Positions 1 to 8,609 of a DNA stretch of 46,330 bases are shown here, one piece after another. The notes under the pieces were generated by a model. That model searched no databases. It had not been told where the DNA came from and worked only from the letters and a program-made list of their open reading frames with translations. Source of the stretch: a virus. Location: the IMG/VR virus record IMGVR_UViG_3300028706_000433; one strand, 5' to 3'. Both the position numbers and the translations under genes were made by a program. Position 1 is the stretch's first letter. Each line of letters starts with the position of its first letter.

Positions 1-1
1 A

Positions 2-1102
2 ACCTACCTATCACAATGGGATTACAATCTTAGAGATGTGGAGTATTTTGGCGGATGTGTGTTATTCACCACCGAACAATTTGAGAAAGTGAACGGATAT
101 AATCCTAATTATTGGGATTGGGGATTCGAAGATGATGATTTATTTTATAGGTGTCAATTAGAAGGAATGGTAAATCACCGAACCATTGAGGGACTGGGAG
201 AGACATCGTATTTGCACTTTGATGGTGAGACACATATAGAGATACCTGTAAACCACTCTATCTCACGAACAATTAGTAAAGATTGTAAGATAGAAATAGT
301 AGTTAGGCCAGACGTGACGGGTCTCGACACATACCTAATTGGTGACCAAAGTAGAAAATTTACACATTTACCCATATTTGTTAGACAAGGATATGATTTT
401 AGGTTAGCATATGACAATTCGAGGGCATATTCAGCTACTTTTTGGAGTTGGAGAAATGATTTACATTATATATGGGCTAAAAAACAGCCAAGTGATTGGA
501 CAAAATTAACATATATGTCAAAAGATAAAGAACATTATTTAATGATAAATGATAAATATGAAGATGGTAGAACTGGAAGTGGGACTAAATTACCATTAAA
601 AGTAGATATTCCTACGAAAAGATATGCAAGAGTTCCCTATTGGATTGGTAAGGACTCAGAGGATATTCATTTTAAGGGAGATGTTGCAGAAATAAGAATG
701 GAAAATGATAGAGGTAAAACTGTATTACATTATGATTTTTCAGATGTGGGTGGTGGAGTAGTAGAGGATTTGACTGAAAATGATAATCATGGAATTATAC
801 ACGGAAATACTATTATAGAAAAAGATACAATAGATAAGTTATATGATTTACCAATTCCACACAGGAGATTTGGAAGATATAAATGTTTGAAACACGAGGA
901 TATGGGAATTGTAGATGGTAAATTTAATAGGGGTGAAAAAACTGCTATTAATGAACGGATTTATAGAACTAAGATGCAAGAAAAGAAATTAGATTATAAG
1001 TCAATAGGGTTAAATTCATCTAAGTATGAAATAACCTCTATAGATAAAAATGAAGAATTAAATTATGAAATTATTAATGTAAAGACTTTCTATGATAAGT
1101 GA
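2..1102 (+). CDS. GT7 (beta-1,4-galactosyltransferase-like) glycosyltransferase with inserted LamG/ConA-like domain, 5'-truncated
   Basis: Frame is open from base 2 (TYLSQWDYNLRDVEYFGGC...), so the true start lies upstream of the window. GT7 motifs YFGG, NGY-PN-YWDWGFEDDDL, C-terminal RYKCLKH and GLNS. LamG-like insert (YLHFDG...FKGDVAEIR...VLHYDFS). Confidence 0.85.
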   Translation, partial: TYLSQWDYNLRDVEYFGGCVLFTTEQFEKVNGYNPNYWDWGFEDDDLFYRCQLEGMVNHRTIEGLGETSYLHFDGETHIEIPVNHSISRTISKDCKIEIVVRPDVTGLDTYLIGDQSRKFTHLPIFVRQGYDFRLAYDNSRAYSATFWSWRNDLHYIWAKKQPSDWTKLTYMSKDKEHYLMINDKYEDGRTGSGTKLPLKVDIPTKRYARVPYWIGKDSEDIHFKGDVAEIRMENDRGKTVLHYDFSDVGGGVVEDLTENDNHGIIHGNTIIEKDTIDKLYDLPIPHRRFGRYKCLKHEDMGIVDGKFNRGEKTAINERIYRTKMQEKKLDYKSIGLNSSKYEITSIDKNEELNYEIINVKTFYDK

Positions 1103-1559
1103 TGTTAAGAAAATAAATTATGTTAAAAGAATTTATAAGAGAACTCCAGACAAATATTTAAATCTTTCAGAAATAGAGGGTTGGCCACGAGATGAGGATT
1201 GGATGAATGATGAACCTCATTTAAATCATGGTAAAATGAGAAGAAGGGGAACGGTTTGTCCGTGTGTATATGAGAAATATAGTGAGGTGACCAATAGAGC
1301 TATTGTAAATTATATTTCAGAACTGTTAGAATCCGAAATTTCAATTGTACTTTCTATCGTGGATGTTGAAGGAGTGAAATCGATGATAGATGGAGTACAT
1401 ACCGCACTGGCATATGATAAACTTGGAATAACAGAAGTTCCAGTTTATATTAATAGTAAAAGTTTACCATTTGGAGTTTGTTATAAAGATTATGTAATAG
1501 ATAAGAATGGAAATAAAATTAAAATAAACCCCGTGAGTGGATATTATGAGTCTAAGTAA
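1092..1559 (+). CDS. Hypothetical protein with a ParB/Srx-like C-terminal motif
   Basis: MIDGVHTALAYDKLGITEVPV resembles the ParB/Srx DGxHRxxA...LG...VPV motif, with Thr in place of Arg. Overlaps both neighbours. Confidence 0.45.
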   Translation: MISDVKKINYVKRIYKRTPDKYLNLSEIEGWPRDEDWMNDEPHLNHGKMRRRGTVCPCVYEKYSEVTNRAIVNYISELLESEISIVLSIVDVEGVKSMIDGVHTALAYDKLGITEVPVYINSKSLPFGVCYKDYVIDKNGNKIKINPVSGYYESK

Positions 1560-2655
1560 AGAATATGATGTATATTATACTACGGGTGGATTACATTTCG
1601 TAGGTGGTGGGTCTGATATATGGGTGAATGATTGGATAGAATTAATATCTAAAAGATTAGATGTAACTCCAGTTTTATGTATTGATAGAATTAAGATTGG
1701 ACATGATTCTAAAGAGTGGTATGAAGATTTTTATAAAGAAAAATTTGGTCATTTAAAAATAGTAGAAGTTAATAACGAATCTGATTTTGATGCAGAAGCT
1801 GACCTATATGTTATATGGGCTAGAGCAGAAATTAAAGATTTGTTCATGGAAGTAGTAAATAACTGTCGTAGATTAAATATTCTACACGGATATTATAGAC
1901 CAAAAGATATTATTGTAAAAAACTTCCAAAAATTATATTCTGTAGTTATTCACGTCACGGTAGAATTATCTTTAAATGCTGGATTTACTTTAAATTTACC
2001 TAAATTACAACATTTTTCAGGTACTATGGAGTGGGAAAATGAAGTTAGTAAACATGCAAAACATGTAATATGGATTGGATTAGATAAAATACCATTACAC
2101 GATAGAAGGGATTTAATCGATATACCAAATTATTATGTTTTTAATAAAAACTTACCAATTATGGAGAGTGATGTTGTTGCTTTTACTTCCAGATGTGAGA
2201 CAAGAAAGTGTCCTCATTTTATAGATACGGTAGATTCTTTGGCATACACTAATCCTAAAGATTTATGGTGGTGGACTCACAATCTTGGATATAAATTTGA
2301 AAAAACCAGAGTTGTACAATTTAGATATAGTACTTTAGATAAATTCTTTAAATCTAAACGGTGGGGAATCAGTCATTCTTCGTTTGTTAATGAACCATTT
2401 GGATATAGTATATTTCAGGCAATTGATTATGGAAAAATACCAATTTTAAATAGAGATTGGTGTAAGGATATAGAGTATCCTTTTAGGTCATATAGTAAAA
2501 GTCAATTTGAGAAACAAGTAAAAACAATAAAAGGAGTTTCATATCAAGAACGTAATGATATATTGGAAAATTTAAGAACCAAGTTAAATAATCTATATAA
2601 TAATCCCATAATTTGGGCAAATCAATATTTATCTATATACAATGGGAAAGATTAA
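1546..2655 (+). CDS. GT4-like (GT-B fold) glycosyltransferase
   Basis: N-terminal GGGSDIWV loop; C-terminal EPFGYSIFQAIDYGKIPIL matches the GT4 EX7E motif with Gln as the last residue. ATG 1546 preferred over GTG 1537. Confidence 0.6.
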   Translation: MSLSKEYDVYYTTGGLHFVGGGSDIWVNDWIELISKRLDVTPVLCIDRIKIGHDSKEWYEDFYKEKFGHLKIVEVNNESDFDAEADLYVIWARAEIKDLFMEVVNNCRRLNILHGYYRPKDIIVKNFQKLYSVVIHVTVELSLNAGFTLNLPKLQHFSGTMEWENEVSKHAKHVIWIGLDKIPLHDRRDLIDIPNYYVFNKNLPIMESDVVAFTSRCETRKCPHFIDTVDSLAYTNPKDLWWWTHNLGYKFEKTRVVQFRYSTLDKFFKSKRWGISHSSFVNEPFGYSIFQAIDYGKIPILNRDWCKDIEYPFRSYSKSQFEKQVKTIKGVSYQERNDILENLRTKLNNLYNNPIIWANQYLSIYNGKD

Positions 2656-3743
2656 TGGCAGCATCAAATACAGATTTATCATTAGCTAAATTAAGAAGAG
2701 CAACCGATCCTGGAAGTGTAAGTGATTATACTACATTATCAAGATTGGGGGCAGATTGTGCAGGGGCAACTTCGGATAATGCAAACTATTCTATCGGTGA
2801 ATTTTCAATAGATTCAGTAGATAATAGTTTAACTGGATATTTGTGGGTTGATGAACAAACTTCGGAAACCTATACAATGACTTTTGGAGGAGCCGGAGGC
2901 AGATTTACGGCAAGAATAGCTAGTCAGGGTGGTAATTTTACTTGGACTACCGCAAGTTCTTCGTTTGCAGTTGCAGCCGGATCTGATTATACTGCAGTTT
3001 ACACCGCGGCAGCAATTTCAAATGTGAATGTTCCGAATGCCGTGGGTGATGGAACTCGTGGAACTTTTTATGCGGCACATAATGCTGATGTAGATGTAGA
3101 AATTAGTGGTAAATATTGGGATGATGGTGTGAGTGATGGATTTAATGACCACGCAACAAGATATAATACCGCGATAACTAAAACCGTTGGTGTAGAGGAT
3201 ACATATAATGGTACTACTATTACTTGTTTTCTACCTGAAACTCCCGTTGAGTTGGCAGATGGAGAAATAATTCCTATTGAGGATTTAGTAGTTGGTGATA
3301 AGATTAAATCATATCATATAAAGGATTTACCAGATGAAACTCTCGGTAAAGAACGGTATAGAGGATTCCATTTGGAAGAAATGAATGGGGAACTTGGTGA
3401 TACTGAAGTAAAAAATGTGTGGTTTGACTTTAATCCTGGATATTTAGATATAAACGAGGGATTAATAAAAGTTACGAGTGAACATGAATTTTGGGTTTTA
3501 AATAAAACAACAAAAGAAGAAAGTCCATACATACCACCCATTGGTAAATGGGGATTTAAGAAAGCCGCCCAATTAGCGGTCGGAGATATATTATTTGGTA
3601 AAGAAGAACATATCGAAATAGAATCAATAGAATATCATCATACCGAAGTAGAGGTTGTTAATATAAATGTAGAACCAGTAGATGTATATTTTGTAAATAA
3701 TATTTTGGTACATAATAAGGGGAGTAATTCGGATCCAAGTTAA
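2655..3743 (+). CDS. Gly/Ser/Thr/Ala-rich (virion-like) protein with C-terminal Hint (intein-like) autoprocessing domain
   Basis: TAATG overlap gives ATG at 2655. Hint domain 3225-3716: block A CFLPETPV, block B VTSEH (TxxH), block F/G VVNINVE...NNILVHN, followed by KGSNSDPS-stop. Confidence 0.8.
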   Translation: MAASNTDLSLAKLRRATDPGSVSDYTTLSRLGADCAGATSDNANYSIGEFSIDSVDNSLTGYLWVDEQTSETYTMTFGGAGGRFTARIASQGGNFTWTTASSSFAVAAGSDYTAVYTAAAISNVNVPNAVGDGTRGTFYAAHNADVDVEISGKYWDDGVSDGFNDHATRYNTAITKTVGVEDTYNGTTITCFLPETPVELADGEIIPIEDLVVGDKIKSYHIKDLPDETLGKERYRGFHLEEMNGELGDTEVKNVWFDFNPGYLDINEGLIKVTSEHEFWVLNKTTKEESPYIPPIGKWGFKKAAQLAVGDILFGKEEHIEIESIEYHHTEVEVVNINVEPVDVYFVNNILVHNKGSNSDPS

Positions 3744-3789
3744 AATAGGTTTTAAATGTTATTAATAAATAAATTGGTTATACAGAGAA

Positions 3790-5373
3790 ATGAATAAACA
3801 TAAACTAGCGATAATAGTTCCATATAGAGATAGGCAAAAACAATTAGATGTGTTTTTACCTCATATGAAAAAGTTTTTGTCAAGAAAAGCACAACAAGAG
3901 TGGTATGGTGGTTCTTCTGCCGTAGAGGCAAATTATTTAGATTATGATATATTTGTAATAGAGCAAAAAGATGAATATCCTTTTAATAGAGGAATGTTAA
4001 TTAATAGTTGTGTTAAATTGTTGCCAGAAGAATATGATTATTTTGTTTTCCAAGATGTGGATTTATTACCAATAAATGATAATATACATTATGGTTATGA
4101 AGAACATCCAGTACATATGTCATCAAAGTTTGTAAAAAAAATTAAATTACCATATTTTGAGTATATAGGTGGATGTTTAAAAATATCTAGAAAACAATTT
4201 GAAAAAGTAAATGGTTATTCAAATGAATATTGGGGTTGGGGATTCGAAGATTTAGATTTATTAACTCGATTGAGAGAAACTAAATTGATTAAATTAGAAT
4301 CATATTATGATACTTCTAATTTATCTGAAAACTTTGAATATGATTATGTAGGTGTATCACCTTCCAAATTGAAAATAAAAAGAAATTTCAGAGCATTAAA
4401 TTTTAGTGGTGAGAATTATGTAAAGATAGAAAATAATAAAAGAATTACAGATATAACACACGGTTCTTTTAGTATGTCGGCATGGTTTAAACCAGAATTA
4501 GATTCTAATATACATACGTGTAGTAGAAAGAACCCAATTAGTATATTATCTCGGGCAGGATTTCATACTGGAATTCAAATAGTTGATATAAGTAAGAAGA
4601 ATGTGGTTGTTAGATGTATGGGATTTACTGAAAAAAAATCTAAAGAAAAACATGATAATTTTGCACAAGAATTTGTAGTACCACTTCACAAATGGAGTCA
4701 AGTTTCTTTTATTGTTAATGATAAAGAAAAGGAAATTCAAGTATATCTTGATGGTGTTTTATTAGATGGAACTAATCAAAAAATAACTTATAAGAACGAT
4801 TTAAGGTTTTATGAAACTTCTTATTTTATTGGAGCTTCGTATGAGAAAGAAGGCAATTTTGTAGGAGATATAGCAGAACCTTGTTGGTTTGATTACACAT
4901 TAAATGAACAAGAGGTTAAATTATTATATGATAAAAATCCATCAGAACATTCTTGGACACATTTTTATGATGAACCAAGTATGTATTTTCCACTTGACCA
5001 AATATATAATAAGTTTGTTTTTGATTCTTCTTATACACATTCCAATGGTAAATTACAAAAATGTTCTGTTACAGAAAAATTACTTAATGAATTTGAATTA
5101 ACTTTGGGTGTGGAAATTAATGTACCTAAACGTTTGGATGGAGAATTTAAATGTTTGACTAAAGATAAGATAAAAAATATAAGACAAATAATGAAATTAG
5201 CAAATATAGAATATTTTGAAGATCCAGATATACAAGAGAATTTTAAATTTTTTCATGAATTGGTAAAAGATTTGAAAGTCCTTAGTGTTGAAGATGGATT
5301 GTCGAATATAGAATTTAAATTTTTGAATGAGAAAAAATATAAAAATGCAAAAATAATTGAGGTAGTGTTATGA
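3790..5373 (+). CDS. GT7 glycosyltransferase with inserted LamG/ConA-like domain (divergent active site)
   Basis: AIIVPYRDR, FNRGMLIN, FQDVDLLP, NGYSNEYWGWGFEDLDL. LamG insert (FSMSAWFKP...QVYLDG...FVGDIAE). C-terminal DGLSNI. Confidence 0.85.
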   Translation: MNKHKLAIIVPYRDRQKQLDVFLPHMKKFLSRKAQQEWYGGSSAVEANYLDYDIFVIEQKDEYPFNRGMLINSCVKLLPEEYDYFVFQDVDLLPINDNIHYGYEEHPVHMSSKFVKKIKLPYFEYIGGCLKISRKQFEKVNGYSNEYWGWGFEDLDLLTRLRETKLIKLESYYDTSNLSENFEYDYVGVSPSKLKIKRNFRALNFSGENYVKIENNKRITDITHGSFSMSAWFKPELDSNIHTCSRKNPISILSRAGFHTGIQIVDISKKNVVVRCMGFTEKKSKEKHDNFAQEFVVPLHKWSQVSFIVNDKEKEIQVYLDGVLLDGTNQKITYKNDLRFYETSYFIGASYEKEGNFVGDIAEPCWFDYTLNEQEVKLLYDKNPSEHSWTHFYDEPSMYFPLDQIYNKFVFDSSYTHSNGKLQKCSVTEKLLNEFELTLGVEINVPKRLDGEFKCLTKDKIKNIRQIMKLANIEYFEDPDIQENFKFFHELVKDLKVLSVEDGLSNIEFKFLNEKKYKNAKIIEVVL

Positions 5374-5546
5374 TAAAATTCACAGAACAAACTATAAGGT
5401 TATTAGAAACTGTAGATAGAGATTTAAAATTATTATTAAAGAGAACTGATAAGAGACTATTATGGTCACAATTTATTTTAAATTTGGAAGTATTACATAT
5501 ATATGTATTAAAAAATCACCTAACGGAGAAAAAAAATGGCAGATAA
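5370..5546 (+). CDS. Possible 58-aa hypothetical protein (MIKFTEQTIRLLETV...), below the ORF-track cutoff
   Basis: ATGA overlap with the upstream GT7 stop and fills the gap to 5536. No recognisable motif; the region may instead be a promoter-containing spacer. Confidence 0.35.
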   Translation: MIKFTEQTIRLLETVDRDLKLLLKRTDKRLLWSQFILNLEVLHIYVLKNHLTEKKNGR

Positions 5547-5754
5547 AAAATCACTTGATGAACGAGGAGTAAAGGCATTAGAAAGTATTGCCGAATCTTT
5601 TCAAACTATAGAAGATTCTATTTTGGATTTAGATATTCCAATGTGGAGTGAAAGATTAGAGTGGTATTTAAATGAGTTCTATCTTGTGGCTAAAAATAAA
5701 GTGATTGGTTCAGAGACAACCAGACCAGAACGAAAAGTAACAGTCAAAAAATGA
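5536..5754 (+). CDS. Hypothetical protein, 72 aa
   Basis: GGAG RBS at about 5526; ATGA overlap with the next gene; acidic helical sequence with no recognised motif. Confidence 0.7.
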   Translation: MADKKSLDERGVKALESIAESFQTIEDSILDLDIPMWSERLEWYLNEFYLVAKNKVIGSETTRPERKVTVKK

Positions 5755-7181
5755 AAGAATTAAATTTGATTGTCCCGTATCGTGACAGACAATCACATTT
5801 AGAACGGTTTATTCCCTCGGTAGAAAAGTACCTTGATGATAGTGAAATACCTTTTACTATTAGTATAGTGGAACAGAATAATGATAAATCGTTTAACAGA
5901 GGAAAACTTCTAAATATTGGATTTGATATATCCAAAAATGAAAGTGATTATTTCTGTTTTCATGATGTTGATTTAATTCCCGACGAAGTAGATTATTCTT
6001 ATACTGAACATCCGATCCATCTTGCTACAAATTTAAGTAAAGATGATTATAAAGAAGGTTGGGAATATTATTTTGGTGGAGTAACTTTATTTAATAAACA
6101 AGATTTTATAAATATTAATGGATACTCTAATGAATATTGGGGTTGGGGATTTGAGGACGATGATTTATTAAGACGGTGTGTTAATTTTGGATTACCCATA
6201 GAAGAGAAAGAAGTTAAACTACCAGTCACATATGGTATGGGAACTGCATATTTTAATGGAGAAACTTCATATTGTGATATATTGTTAGGAAATAAAAAGT
6301 TAAAAGAGGTTTTTAATAAAGATTTTACAATAATGAATAATTTTTTACCAGACGAAGTATCTTATGTAGATGATAATTCTGGATGTATATGGTCAATACC
6401 TGAATTGGGTTTTAATTTGTTATTTAGTGATAGAGGTTCAGTAGATTTAGTATTGACTAATGTTGATGGTGAGAAGATAGTATGTCAAGAAATATTTAGA
6501 TTAGTTAATAGAGTACCTATTTTTAGTGTGGTGACATACGATAGTAAGAATAAAGATTTAAGTTTTTATATCAATGGAGAGTTGGCAGATACTCTTACTA
6601 TTGATTTGAATAAAATAGATAAACAAGAAAGTATGTATTTGGGAGTAGAAAACCCAAATGGATATCCCAATACATATTTATATAAGGGACAGATATTTGA
6701 ACATGCAGTTTATAATAGAAAGTTTTCTAAAAAAGAAGTTAAAGATTTATTTTTTAAACGACGAGGTAGAAGTTTGACACAAGATTTTAATTCTTATAAA
6801 TCAAAAAATTTATGTTGTTATTATGATTTTAATCACCACAATGAAAAATTATTTTTAGATTTGAGTAATAATAATGTAGTGAATAAACAGATAGATGTTA
6901 TGTCAGGAGTCTTGAACGAAGATTCTTATTTTACAAAACGTATAGTTAAAAAATTACCAATTCGTAGAAATTCAAAGTTTTTGTGTTTGTTTCATAAAAC
7001 CGAGGGTTGGGTTGGTAAAGGATGGAAACAACCAGAAACATATGTAAATCAAAAATATTATTTTGATTATGATAATGAAATAGATACAGTATTGGACGAT
7101 GGGTTATCTAATTTAGAATATGAAATTGAAAGTACAGAAAAATTGACTGATAAATCTACTTTATATAAGGTAACTATTTAA
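5751..7181 (+). CDS. GT7 glycosyltransferase with inserted LamG/ConA-like domain
   Basis: LIVPYRDR, FNRGKLLNIG, FCFHDVDLIP (DxD), YFGG, NGYSNEYWGWGFEDDDL. LamG insert (SFYING...MYLG...YKGQIFE...CYYDF). KFLCLFH and DGLSNL after the insert. Confidence 0.88.
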   Translation: MKELNLIVPYRDRQSHLERFIPSVEKYLDDSEIPFTISIVEQNNDKSFNRGKLLNIGFDISKNESDYFCFHDVDLIPDEVDYSYTEHPIHLATNLSKDDYKEGWEYYFGGVTLFNKQDFININGYSNEYWGWGFEDDDLLRRCVNFGLPIEEKEVKLPVTYGMGTAYFNGETSYCDILLGNKKLKEVFNKDFTIMNNFLPDEVSYVDDNSGCIWSIPELGFNLLFSDRGSVDLVLTNVDGEKIVCQEIFRLVNRVPIFSVVTYDSKNKDLSFYINGELADTLTIDLNKIDKQESMYLGVENPNGYPNTYLYKGQIFEHAVYNRKFSKKEVKDLFFKRRGRSLTQDFNSYKSKNLCCYYDFNHHNEKLFLDLSNNNVVNKQIDVMSGVLNEDSYFTKRIVKKLPIRRNSKFLCLFHKTEGWVGKGWKQPETYVNQKYYFDYDNEIDTVLDDGLSNLEYEIESTEKLTDKSTLYKVTI

Positions 7182-7197
7182 GAATGAGGAGATAAAC

Positions 7198-7314
7198 ATG
7201 AAATGTAAATGTTGTAATTGGTTAAAAAATATTATCGATAAGGTAAGATTAGAAATTAGATATAAGAAAAAAATAAAAGAATTACGAAAAAGAGATCCCT
7301 TTATTTATAAATGA
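7198..7314 (+). CDS. 38-aa basic peptide MKCKCCNWLKNIIDKVRLEIRYKKKIKELRKRDPFIYK (not in ORF track)
   Basis: GAGGAG RBS at 7186-7191; ATG 7198; TGA 7312-7314 overlaps the ATG of the first radical SAM gene. Confidence 0.75.
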   Translation: MKCKCCNWLKNIIDKVRLEIRYKKKIKELRKRDPFIYK

Positions 7315-8609
7315 GAAACGTAAATTTAAAAGATAGAATAAAATTTATAGGATCAGATTTCTTTTTAAATAAATCTAAAACTTTTTGTATATTACCGTGG
7401 ATGCATATGTACGTTAATACTGATTCTTCAGTATGGTCGTGTTGTGTTAATAAAACTATGACTAAAGAAACGCATGGTTTTAAGACTAATATTATGACAC
7501 AACCAATAGAAGAGATTATTAATAATGATTATTTTAAGCAATTACGGTTGGATATGTTAAATGATGACATGAATGAAAACTGTATAGATTGTTATTCTTT
7601 GGAAGAAAGTTCTGGACATTCTTATAGAAATGATTTTAATGACCAATTTAAAGAATCTTTTACTAAAGTATTGGAAACAAACAATGATGGTTCGATAGAT
7701 AATTTTGAAACAATATATTTAGATTTTAGATTTTCTAATCTATGTAATTTCAAATGTAGGTCTTGTAGACCTGAATGGAGTTCTACTTGGGCCAAAGAAG
7801 CAAAAGATAATGAAGATCATCCATATCACGAGTGGGATGGACATATACCAAGACATAATTTAACAGAAGAACAATTTATAGATAGATTTGAGGGAACTCT
7901 AAAAACAGTAGAAAGATTATATTTTGCAGGTGGAGAACCCTTAGCAGCAAAGGAACACTATTGGATATTAAATTATTTGATAGAAAATAATAATACAGAT
8001 TTAATTCTTGAATATAATACAAATTTATCTATGTTAAAGAATAATAAACTCAAATTAAGTGTTGTAGATTATTGGAAAAAGTTTAGTAATATTAGTATAA
8101 GAGTTAGTTTAGATGCAAGTGGTAAAAGGGCAGAATATTTAAGAAGTGGAACTGATTGGAAACTAATTGAAGAAAACTTTAGATATGTTAAGGAAAATTT
8201 ACCAGATGTAAATATGGGTATATCATCAGTCTTTCAATTAACTAACGCTTTACATTTACCTGATTTTTATCAAGGGTTTCTTGATAGGGGAGTACTTGAT
8301 ATAAAAGATTTAAATAATGTGTTTGTAATACCTCTAACTGGACCAGAACAATTGAGTTCTCGGATTTTACCAAAAGAATTAAAATTAAAAGTGGAAGAGA
8401 ATTGGAATAATTTTTTAAATGGGTTACCAGAACATATTAAACTTAAAGGTTATGTTGATAACTGTATTGGATATATGAATGAAGAAGATTTATATGATAG
8501 TAATAAAAAAGATTTTATAGACTTCACTATGTCGTTGGATAAAATTAGAAATGAAAGTTTTGGTGACGTATTTCCAGAATTAAAAGATTATTATGAAAAA
8601 ATACTCTAA
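7311..8609 (+). CDS. Radical SAM protein with N-terminal twitch domain
   Basis: N-terminal FCILPW...WSCC...CIDC; CxxxCxxC motif LCNFKCRSC; FAGGEP. Confidence 0.9.
   Translation: MRNVNLKDRIKFIGSDFFLNKSKTFCILPWMHMYVNTDSSVWSCCVNKTMTKETHGFKTNIMTQPIEEIINNDYFKQLRLDMLNDDMNENCIDCYSLEESSGHSYRNDFNDQFKESFTKVLETNNDGSIDNFETIYLDFRFSNLCNFKCRSCRPEWSSTWAKEAKDNEDHPYHEWDGHIPRHNLTEEQFIDRFEGTLKTVERLYFAGGEPLAAKEHYWILNYLIENNNTDLILEYNTNLSMLKNNKLKLSVVDYWKKFSNISIRVSLDASGKRAEYLRSGTDWKLIEENFRYVKENLPDVNMGISSVFQLTNALHLPDFYQGFLDRGVLDIKDLNNVFVIPLTGPEQLSSRILPKELKLKVEENWNNFLNGLPEHIKLKGYVDNCIGYMNEEDLYDSNKKDFIDFTMSLDKIRNESFGDVFPELKDYYEKIL

Noticed and set aside
3225-3716. Canonical self-splicing intein
   Set aside because: The +1 residue is Lys, the C-extein is only 8 aa and there is no homing endonuclease; treated as a cleavage-type Hint domain instead.
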